This document shows positions 7,929 through 15,731 of a DNA stretch of 64,000 nt, in pieces. How positions within the stretch are numbered: position 1 is the stretch's first letter; each line of letters begins with the position of its first letter. A program made the translations under genes and the position numbers. The notes under the pieces are model-generated. The model saw only the letters and a program-made list of their open reading frames with translations, was not told the origin of the DNA and did no database searches. This stretch comes from Chlamydiia bacterium (GTDB lineage: Bacteria > Chlamydiota > Chlamydiia > Chlamydiales > 2-12-FULL-49-11): the NCBI GenBank assembly GCA_044359535.1, contig JBIKLZ010000001.1:94855-158854 (forward strand). Reading direction: 5' to 3'.

Positions 7929-10432
7929 CGGACTAAAGTTTGTAGCGCTTCAAAGGGGGTAAGATGGTCAGGATTGATCCCTTCAAGTTCCCCTATGATA
8001 GGATCTTTTGCCTCTTCTGTAAATAGGGTATATTGATGGATCAAAGGCTCTTTCTTTTTTACAAGCTCTTTGGGGATAGAGCTTTTTTTTAGATGTTCTT
8101 TTGCTTCTAAAATGACCCCTCTTGGAAGACCGGCTAGTTCGCCAACAAAGATCCCGTAGCTTTGATCGGCTTGTCCCTCTTCAATGGTGTGTAAAAAAGT
8201 GACAACACCCCCTTTTTCTGAAACAGCCGATCGGATATTTTTTACATCGATAGACTCTTGAGCAAGAGAGGTGAGTTCAAGATAATGGGTGGCAAAAAGG
8301 GTTTTTGCTCCAATTTCTTTTACAATGTAGTGGGCAATACTTTTTGCTAAGGCAATCCCATCGACAGTACTTGTCCCCCTCCCAATTTCATCAAGGATAA
8401 TTAAAGATTTTGAAGTGGCGTTACGCAAGATATTAGCTGTCTCTGTCATCTCTACCATGAATGTGGACTGCCCCCTTTGCAAATCATCAAGGGCCCCAAT
8501 TCTTGTAAAAATTTTATCAACAATCCCCATGGTAGCTTCCTGCGCAGGGATAAAAGAGCCTATTTGAGCAAGGATAGACAACAGGGCCACGGATTTAATA
8601 TAGGTGGATTTACCCGCCATATTTGGGCCTGTAAGGATAAGCATCTGTCGATCCTTATTAAAATCGATGTTATTTGGGATAAAAGCCCCTCGTTTCATCG
8701 TTTTTAATAAAATAGGGTGAGATCCGTTAATAATATGAAAAGCATTTTCATCTGTGATGCAAGGACAGATATAGCCCTTTGATAGAGCTATAGTTTTTAG
8801 TGAGTGGAGAAAATCAATGTATGCGATGCATTGTGCTGAAAATAAAATCTCCTTTTTATAAAACAGACAAAGGGTAAAGAGTTTATTGAGTTCCTCTTGT
8901 TCAAGAAAAAGGGCCTGATCTTTAGCAGAAAGAATTTCTTGCTCAAGTTGTACTAATTCTGAAGTGACAAAACGTTCTGTATTGACAAGGGTTTGCTTTC
9001 TTTGGTAGGAAGGGGGGACTAAATGGGCTGATTTGCTCGAAACCTCAATGAAATAGCCAAAAGATCGACTATGCCCTATTTTTAATGTTTTGATCCCAAG
9101 GGTCTGTTTTGATTGTTCTTCGTACGATTTGATGAGCAAAGAGGCGTTTGTTTCTACCAACTTAATCCGATCAAGGGTTGGATTGACCCCTTTAGCAATA
9201 AAGTAGTCTGTATGATCAAGGGATAGGGTGTTTAAAATTGTTGAAGCAAGGGGAAAATCACTATACCCATCTGTTAGGGCCGATAGGGATGAAGGAAGTT
9301 TTTTGATGATTTTTGGAAGCTGCACTAACGAATTTGCTAAAAGGATAAGATCAAGTGGGGATCCTTTTTTTCGAGCAATGGTTGTCATAAGGCGTTCGAT
9401 ATCTTTAATAGGAGAAAGCTCAGCTGAAAGATCGATCGATTTTTCTAAAAAAGTGGCTACACACTTTTGTCTGAAAAGGATCTTTTCTCTATCAATAAGG
9501 GGGTAAAATAGGGCCCTTTTTAGATAGCGCTCTCCAAGGGAGGTGTGAGTAAAATTAATCGTCTTAAAAAGGGAGCTTCCTGAGGGGCTATGAAACACTT
9601 CTAGATGGGCTAAAGTAGTTGGATCAAGGGATAAACAGGTGGCCGTTTCTTGCTTTTTAAAAGTAGTAATGACACTTGTATCAAAAAAAATGTGATTTTC
9701 TAAGTAGGTTAAAAGGGCTCCACAGGCATTGATAGCCGATAAATCCCCCTTTAATCCAAAGCCATCTAAAGAAGAAACGTTTAAATGGCGATGAAGCTTT
9801 TCTACACACATTTTATGATCAAAATAGAAGGGATCAATAGGAATCATCTTTCCGTTGAAAGATTCTTTTATATCGTCTAAAAATGACGGGGGAGAGGAAA
9901 TAAGTTTTGAAGAAACTAAAAGTTCCTTGGGCATCACTCGTAGAAGTTCTTCCTTCATCTTATTGACATCTAAAAAAGTAGAGAAAAAAAACTCAGCAGT
10001 AGAGGTGTCGGTATAAGCTATAGAGTAGGATTGATTAAGAAAGCAAAGGGATAGAAGAAATCTATTGGATCCAGAATTTTGATCCCTTTTACTAGTAAAA
10101 GTCGATGGGGTCTCTACCCTTGTGACCTTTCGCTTAACAATCCCTTTTCCCTCAAAAGAAGGCTCCATTTGCTCAGCAATAGCCACCCTCAACCCTTTAT
10201 CGATTAATTTTTCAAGGGAGGTTTCCAAAGAAACTGCTGGGATTCCAGCCATTGGAATAGTGCCCCGCTTAGTAAGAACGATGGATAATGTTTCAGATAA
10301 CAGTTGCGCATCCTCATAAAATGCTTCATAAAAATCTCCTAGCCTAAAAAGAAGGAGGGAATCTTGAGCCTGCTTTTTACATTCGTCCCATTGCTTCATC
10401 ATTGGGGTGGTTTCTTTAACTGGATCGATCAT
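7907..10432 (-). CDS. mutS: DNA mismatch repair protein MutS
   Basis: TPMMKQW, FRLGDFYEAF, TGPNMAGKST, STFMVEM, DEIGRGTST, FATHY. Start inferred at MIDPVK. Confidence 0.96.
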   Translation of the reverse strand: MIDPVKETTPMMKQWDECKKQAQDSLLLFRLGDFYEAFYEDAQLLSETLSIVLTKRGTIPMAGIPAVSLETSLEKLIDKGLRVAIAEQMEPSFEGKGIVKRKVTRVETPSTFTSKRDQNSGSNRFLLSLCFLNQSYSIAYTDTSTAEFFFSTFLDVNKMKEELLRVMPKELLVSSKLISSPPSFLDDIKESFNGKMIPIDPFYFDHKMCVEKLHRHLNVSSLDGFGLKGDLSAINACGALLTYLENHIFFDTSVITTFKKQETATCLSLDPTTLAHLEVFHSPSGSSLFKTINFTHTSLGERYLKRALFYPLIDREKILFRQKCVATFLEKSIDLSAELSPIKDIERLMTTIARKKGSPLDLILLANSLVQLPKIIKKLPSSLSALTDGYSDFPLASTILNTLSLDHTDYFIAKGVNPTLDRIKLVETNASLLIKSYEEQSKQTLGIKTLKIGHSRSFGYFIEVSSKSAHLVPPSYQRKQTLVNTERFVTSELVQLEQEILSAKDQALFLEQEELNKLFTLCLFYKKEILFSAQCIAYIDFLHSLKTIALSKGYICPCITDENAFHIINGSHPILLKTMKRGAFIPNNIDFNKDRQMLILTGPNMAGKSTYIKSVALLSILAQIGSFIPAQEATMGIVDKIFTRIGALDDLQRGQSTFMVEMTETANILRNATSKSLIILDEIGRGTSTVDGIALAKSIAHYIVKEIGAKTLFATHYLELTSLAQESIDVKNIRSAVSEKGGVVTFLHTIEEGQADQSYGIFVGELAGLPRGVILEAKEHLKKSSIPKELVKKKEPLIHQYTLFTEEAKDPIIGELEGINPDHLTPFEALQTLVRWKKSLL

Positions 10433-10811
10433 GAGCTTTAACTTTGTTGATAAGACTTTTAAGGGCAGGGTTTGCAGGTTGACAGGCTTTATCAAGACTT
10501 TGTTGCTCGATATCTTGTATTGCCTTTTTAACCCATAGTTTTCTACTTTCAGGGGTACTGCACCTAAAAGTTTCTTTGAGATCTTTTAATAAATCTATTA
10601 ATGGAAGCATTTTTGCCATCCATTTTTTTGTTTCATAATCATTATTTGTTTTCGATAAAATGGTTAAGTCTGTCAATATCTCAGAGAGAATTTTTTCAGG
10701 ACTTAAGGGTTGCTCTTCAGGAAAAGAAACTCTTCTAGTTAAAGGGGTTATTCCCTTGTTTTCGATAGCATATACATACCTTTTAAAACCATGTGAATCC
10801 ATTGTGCCCAT
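10416..10811 (-). CDS. Hypothetical protein
   Basis: 131-aa ORF filling the mutS-dnaG gap and overlapping the mutS start; no motif recognised. Confidence 0.55.
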   Translation of the reverse strand: MGTMDSHGFKRYVYAIENKGITPLTRRVSFPEEQPLSPEKILSEILTDLTILSKTNNDYETKKWMAKMLPLIDLLKDLKETFRCSTPESRKLWVKKAIQDIEQQSLDKACQPANPALKSLINKVKAHDRSS

Positions 10812-10894
10812 AACATCCTACTATATAAGAATATTAGTTTTTGTTAAAGAAAAATCGAATAGACTTTCTCCATATTTTTTGCTACTATTAGCTT

Positions 10895-12649
10895 ATGCCT
10901 TTATTGACAAAAGATTGCCTAGAAAGATTAAGAGAAAGAATAGATCTTGCTGAAATAGTAGGCTCACATATTGAGCTTAAAAAAGCAGGGGGAAAAATCA
11001 AAGCTTTGTGCCCTTTTCACAATGAAAAATCACCCTCTTTTACAGTTTCATCGGGAGATAGTCACTATCATTGTTTTGGATGTGGAGCTCATGGGGATGC
11101 AATTGCCTTTTTAATGCACTATTTAGGGATTAGTTTTAATGAGGCTGTAGAATATTTAGCCAATAGATATGGGATTGCCCTTGAATATACAGGCAAAAGC
11201 GAGGGCCCTTTTGAGAATAAAAGGGAGTTGTATGGAATCAACGCTTTGGTGATGGATTTTTTTCATTTTCATTTACTTTATAGTGAGGAGGGGAAAGGGG
11301 CTCTTCAATATTTGTTTAAAAGGGGGATTTCTGAAGAGTTTATCAAGGAGTTTAAAATAGGGTATGCCCCAAAAGGGGAGCAGTTTCAAAAGGCTTTTTA
11401 TAAAAGTGAAAGGTTTTCTGAAGAGAACTTAGTAAAAGTGGGTCTTTTATCTGAAAGCACTAAACGCCCCTTTTTTTCTGAAAGGGTGATGTTTCCTATT
11501 CATGATGGGTTAGGCAACGTGATTGGTTTTTCAGGGAGAAAAATTGATGAAGGGGTGTTTGGGGGAAAGTATATAAATACACGTGAAACTGTGTTTTTTA
11601 AAAAATCACGTATTCTATTTGGATTAAACTACAGCCGAAGAAAGATCGCAAAAAAAGGAAAAGTGATCTGCGTTGAAGGGCAAATAGATGCTTTAAGACT
11701 TATTTTTGAAGGGTTTGACAACGTAGTTGCCTCTCAAGGAACTGCTTTTGGACAAGAGCATGTTCAGGAGTTGATGAAACTGGGGATTAAAGAGGTGATT
11801 CTTTGTTTTGATGGGGATGAAGCAGGGATTGCATCAGCTATCAAAGTGGGACAGATCTTTCAAATTGAAGGGATAGAAGTGTTTATCTGCAGTTTTCCGG
11901 AAAAGATGGATCCAGATAGCTTTCTTTTAGAATATGGAAAAGACGCTTTTGAAACATTTTTGGAAACAAAAGCCCCGTTTCTTAATTTTTTAATAAAAAC
12001 CCTCTCTGACGGGGGAAAAGCTGATACCCCAGCGGGAAAAAATGGGGTGGTCTTTTATGTAAAAAAGAAAATTTCAGAGTGGAAACACCCTGTGATGATT
12101 CATGAAGGGGAAAAAACCCTTGCACGGCTTATGAAAGTTCCTGAAAAATATATTGTCACTTCCCAAAAGGAAGGGCTCCCTGCTGTGAGAAAAACAGAAC
12201 ATGGGGCTATAGACCCTTTAGAGTGTGATTTGATACGATGGCTTATTCTTTTAGTTGAACCCTTTTTGATCGATATAATTATGGATACAGTGGATGTTCA
12301 ATGGATAGAGGATTTGAAGGTTGCAAGGATTTATGAAATTGCCAAAACCTTGTATGAAGAGGGGAAAAAGATCGATTTGTTGAATGTAGGGATCTATTTG
12401 GATGAGGAAGGGATAGCATTTTTAGAAGAATTGCAAAAAAAGAGGATGAATGTAGGAAAAGCCGAAGAAGGGGTGAGGTTGCTTTGTCAAAAACTTATTG
12501 ATAGAGAGGTAAATAAACAAACCGACTCTATTAAAAAAAGAATTCAACAGGGAAACCTGTCGGAAGAAGAGAGCTTTGCCTTGGCTAAAGAATTTGATGC
12601 GATAAAAAAGAATAGAAAAAATATACTTAAATTAACGGAGAAAGGATGA
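10895..12649 (+). CDS. dnaG: DNA primase
   Basis: CPFHNEKSPSF/HCFGC zinc finger, KYINT.ET, VEGQID, FDGDEAG, DPD TOPRIM motifs. Confidence 0.97.
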   Translation: MPLLTKDCLERLRERIDLAEIVGSHIELKKAGGKIKALCPFHNEKSPSFTVSSGDSHYHCFGCGAHGDAIAFLMHYLGISFNEAVEYLANRYGIALEYTGKSEGPFENKRELYGINALVMDFFHFHLLYSEEGKGALQYLFKRGISEEFIKEFKIGYAPKGEQFQKAFYKSERFSEENLVKVGLLSESTKRPFFSERVMFPIHDGLGNVIGFSGRKIDEGVFGGKYINTRETVFFKKSRILFGLNYSRRKIAKKGKVICVEGQIDALRLIFEGFDNVVASQGTAFGQEHVQELMKLGIKEVILCFDGDEAGIASAIKVGQIFQIEGIEVFICSFPEKMDPDSFLLEYGKDAFETFLETKAPFLNFLIKTLSDGGKADTPAGKNGVVFYVKKKISEWKHPVMIHEGEKTLARLMKVPEKYIVTSQKEGLPAVRKTEHGAIDPLECDLIRWLILLVEPFLIDIIMDTVDVQWIEDLKVARIYEIAKTLYEEGKKIDLLNVGIYLDEEGIAFLEELQKKRMNVGKAEEGVRLLCQKLIDREVNKQTDSIKKRIQQGNLSEEESFALAKEFDAIKKNRKNILKLTEKG

Positions 12650-12990
12650 AACGATTATTTTATGATACTAGCTGCCCAGCATGTAAACAAGTGATACGAA
12701 AGATTGAATCGTTGAATGGAAAAAAAATGTTTATGATATCTTCCTTAGATGGGAAAAAAGCAAAACTTATTTTTCAAGGAAACTATAGTTTTTTGAGAAA
12801 GAAAAATTCAAAGATGATTATTGTAGATGGTCAAAAGGTGTGGATTAAGGGAAATGCGATGCTTAGGCCTTTTTGGCTGATTGGGGGGCGCTGGAAGGCT
12901 ATTGGAATTTTTTCTTTTATTCCAGGGTTTTTACTTTCCCCTTTTATTGCTCTATGGTCGAAGAGCTTGAGTTTTTTTCAAAAAAAATAG
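12646..12990 (+). CDS. DCC1-like (DUF393) thiol-disulfide oxidoreductase
   Basis: N-terminal FYDTSCPAC (DxxCxxC). Confidence 0.7.
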   Translation: MKRLFYDTSCPACKQVIRKIESLNGKKMFMISSLDGKKAKLIFQGNYSFLRKKNSKMIIVDGQKVWIKGNAMLRPFWLIGGRWKAIGIFSFIPGFLLSPFIALWSKSLSFFQKK

Positions 12991-13014
12991 GAAAAAGTTT
13001 TAATAAAAACTATT

Positions 13015-13611
13015 TTAGGTGGGTTGTATTGAGGCTTTGATATCATTTCTATGAATATAAAGATATTCTAACCCCGAAAGGATGGTGTAGGCAGCTGTTA
13101 AAGTAATTATCCAAAGGGAAGTTTTTTGAAGCATCAGAAGGGATATATAGCCTAATGAATAGGGGATCATCATCAAAATGATAAGGATTGTAGCCACCGC
13201 TTGAAAGACAGCTTTTAGTTTTCCTGAAAGTCTAGCAGCAAGGGCGTGACCATTTAATGCACAAAGGGTTCTAAGGGTTGAGATGATAATTTCTCTAAAA
13301 ACAAAAAGGAGGGTTAAAAGCATGGGGAGTTGAATAATCCCTTGAGTAAAGGTGAGCAATACAGAAAGTCTTACGATGCTATCGGCCATGGGGTCTATAA
13401 TTTTCCCTAGATTTGTTACTTGGTTGGTTTTTCTTGCAACAAGGCCATCGAAAATATCTGTTAGCTCAAGAATGATCACTAAGCCTAAAAGGATATAGGG
13501 GAGGACCACAAGGGGGATAGACATCTTTTCATAAAATAAATAAATGACAAGAAATAGAGGGCAAAGGGCTACTCGACTAAGAGTAATGATGAGGGGGGCT
13601 TGGCGTATCAT
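13015..13611 (-). CDS. pgsA: CDP-diacylglycerol--glycerol-3-phosphate 3-phosphatidyltransferase
   Basis: TDIFDGLVARK..QVTNLGKIIDPMAD signature, GKLKA. Start inferred at MIRQAP. Confidence 0.9.
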   Translation of the reverse strand: MIRQAPLIITLSRVALCPLFLVIYLFYEKMSIPLVVLPYILLGLVIILELTDIFDGLVARKTNQVTNLGKIIDPMADSIVRLSVLLTFTQGIIQLPMLLTLLFVFREIIISTLRTLCALNGHALAARLSGKLKAVFQAVATILIILMMIPYSLGYISLLMLQKTSLWIITLTAAYTILSGLEYLYIHRNDIKASIQPT

Positions 13612-14091
13612 GATTAAAAATAGGGTTCTTAAATCTATGATAGCTTTGATCCCTATTAATTTCAAGATGACAAGTGAAGAGGAAATTTGATTTTAAAAAA
13701 AACTTTAAGCTCTATTTTTGAGAAGTAGACCCCAACATCTGGAAGTGCGATAGATTATCATAGAAATATACAGACGTAAGTGTTAAGTGAAGAGCTCTTA
13801 AATCTATAATGGACCTTACTTGATAAATAAGCTCCAAGGGGAAACTTCAATCGACTAATTAAAATCATTTGAAATTTAAAAAAATATTATAAAACGACAT
13901 TTTTTAAATCGTTGAATATCAATCGTATAGGTTTATGTAGTAAGAAGTCTTGCCACTGCATGAATGCCTTTTTTATAGTTAGAAGGATTTTTTATAAAGA
14001 AAATTTATAATTATTTTATAATTGAAACAAAATGATCAATCGCATATAATTTATCTTAGTTATAAAAAAGATAGACAAAAGGAGAGAAAAA

Positions 14092-14793
14092 ATGAGTAAT
14101 TTAACTGTATCGCCTTCGAATGTCCAAGGACAAAATGAACTCACAAAGAGAGATTCCCAAACAATGAGTCCAAAATCCATATGGGGGATTGTCGTTGTGG
14201 TACTGGCGGTTTTAGGAGCTGGAGCGGCATTGGTACTTTCAGTGGGATTTGCAATGATTCTTGCAGGAGTAGTAGTAGGAGTTGTTGCCCTTGTTATGGG
14301 AGTAGTTGGAGCAGCGTTGCTTATTAGTGAAAGAGTAAAAACAAGAGAACCCTTAGGATCATCAGAAGCACCAGCACAATTAACTCAACAACCCGCAGCA
14401 CCAGCACCATCAACTCAACAATCCGCAGCACCAGCACCAGCACCAGCACCAGCACCAGCAAAGAAACCACTTAATCCACAAGGAAAAATGGGGATTACCG
14501 ATGCAGAGATAATGAAGGGAAAGGATCGATTAAGAGAATGCAAGCAGACAACAAATGAAAATGAGAAAGAAAGTCATATTGAAAGTAAGACAGAGGCCCC
14601 TGAAAGTAAGACAGAGGCCCCTGAAAGAAAGCAAGAGTCCATCGAAACACTGATGCGAAGAAGGAGAGATCAGATGGGTGTCGATCCTTCAGGTGTCTAT
14701 GATGGTTCAGGTTCAGGTTCAGGTTCAGATTCAAATTCAAATTCAAATTCAAATTCAAATTCAAATTCAGATTCAGAATGGGGAAATGACTAA
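14092..14793 (+). CDS. Inc-like membrane protein with Pro-rich, WH2-like, C-like and acidic-Trp C-terminus
   Basis: AAGGAG RBS; S/T/Q-rich N-terminus; about 50-aa uninterrupted hydrophobic domain (IWGIVVVVLAVLGAG...AALLI); low-complexity tail ending DSEWGND. Confidence 0.75.
   Translation: MSNLTVSPSNVQGQNELTKRDSQTMSPKSIWGIVVVVLAVLGAGAALVLSVGFAMILAGVVVGVVALVMGVVGAALLISERVKTREPLGSSEAPAQLTQQPAAPAPSTQQSAAPAPAPAPAPAKKPLNPQGKMGITDAEIMKGKDRLRECKQTTNENEKESHIESKTEAPESKTEAPERKQESIETLMRRRRDQMGVDPSGVYDGSGSGSGSDSNSNSNSNSNSNSDSEWGND
14371..14460 (+). repeat. In-frame tandem repeats: 30-nt x2 plus (CCAGCA)x5
   Basis: ccagcacaattaactcaacaacccgcagca / ccagcaccatcaactcaacaatccgcagca, then a PAPAPAPAPA-coding run. 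Confidence 0.85.
14581..14622 (+). repeat. 21-nt perfect tandem duplication (ESKTEAP x2)
   Basis: gaaagtaagacagaggcccct repeated twice. Confidence 0.9.
14704..14775 (+). repeat. Hexamer microsatellite (GGTTCA)4-GATTCA-(AATTCA)6-GATTCA coding GS/DS/NS
   Basis: Read directly from the sequence. Confidence 0.92.
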
Positions 14794-14867
14794 GAGTCTT
14801 GGAGTTTAAAAGATAGTACTTAGCTACCGTATAATTTTATAAAATTAAAAATTTGAATGGAGAATAA

Positions 14868-15146
14868 ATGGCAATAGCAGGAAAATCGAAAAATTATCAA
14901 GATCCGTCTCTGTATAGATGGCCTGAATCTAAAATAAAGCCTTATGAAATCCCTGGAATTCTATCTTTGAGTGCTGTTTCTTTTGGAGTGATAGGTCTAT
15001 GCGTTGGAATAGCTGCAGGTATTGTTTCAGTTGTAGGTGTGGTCTTTATTGCGACAGTTCTTGGGATTGTAGCAGGGGTCCTTTGCGGCGTTGGAATAAT
15101 ACTATTTATTGCAGCAGCAATTAAAAAAAAGCATCTTAATTCATGA
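14868..15146 (+). CDS. Small Inc-like membrane protein
   Basis: GGAG RBS; short polar N-terminus, about 55-aa hydrophobic bilobed domain, KKK stop-transfer. Confidence 0.7.
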   Translation: MAIAGKSKNYQDPSLYRWPESKIKPYEIPGILSLSAVSFGVIGLCVGIAAGIVSVVGVVFIATVLGIVAGVLCGVGIILFIAAAIKKKHLNS

Positions 15147-15182
15147 AACAATTATTCATAATTAATTTATAAGGAGAAAAGC

Positions 15183-15548
15183 ATGGGAACATTTGTAACA
15201 AGGGTGGGATCGGTTGATGACGATGAATGGGCAGAAGTAGACTTGAGAGATGAGGTAACGACCCATGATGCAGCCGAAGAGGAGGATATCCATGACTATC
15301 AGCCTGTATTTCATACCCACCGAGCAATAAAATCAAAACAGAATACAAAAGACATAAAAGTAGCAGTCGGCGTTGCATTATTGGTTTTAGGGGTGTTAGC
15401 AGCTGTAGCAGCGCTGGTTCTTACATTTGCTTTTGCAATACCATTTATACCCATAGTGTTGACAATAACCCTTGCAGCAGCTGGAAGCTCAATAACAGGG
15501 ATTGCTCTTATACTTTATTCTGTAATTCATAAGAGAAAATCTGCCTAA
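15183..15548 (+). CDS. Inc-like membrane protein with acidic N-terminus
   Basis: AAGGAG RBS; acidic N-terminus (VDDDEWAEVDL...EEED), about 55-aa hydrophobic domain broken by PFIP, basic end HKRK. Confidence 0.72.
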   Translation: MGTFVTRVGSVDDDEWAEVDLRDEVTTHDAAEEEDIHDYQPVFHTHRAIKSKQNTKDIKVAVGVALLVLGVLAAVAALVLTFAFAIPFIPIVLTITLAAAGSSITGIALILYSVIHKRKSA

Positions 15549-15731
15549 AGATGGTTACTAATCTTACTAGCAGGGACCCCTTAAAAAAATTAGGGGAGAT
15601 TAAATCTATAAGACAATGCTAATTCAATAGATAGTGATTCTGAAAAAAGCTGAAAAGTAATTCATTTCGAGCTTTAGTTTTCTCAAAAATAGCCTTGTAT
15701 TTATTGGCTAAATCGATAATACTTTTAAGTC

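Noticed and set aside
13666-14090. Long intergenic region examined for ncRNA or pseudogene
   Set aside because: Only short ORFs without recognisable motifs, and no convincing structure.
14495-14764. Minus-strand ORF MNLNLNLN...
   Set aside because: Antisense reading of the hexamer microsatellite inside the Inc-like gene.
14371-14775. Tandem repeats as a CRISPR array
   Set aside because: No repeat-spacer structure and no cas genes; the repeats are in-frame coding sequence.
15255-15285. FFAT-like reading of VTTHDAAEEE
   Set aside because: Lacks the key aromatic residue of the FFAT core.
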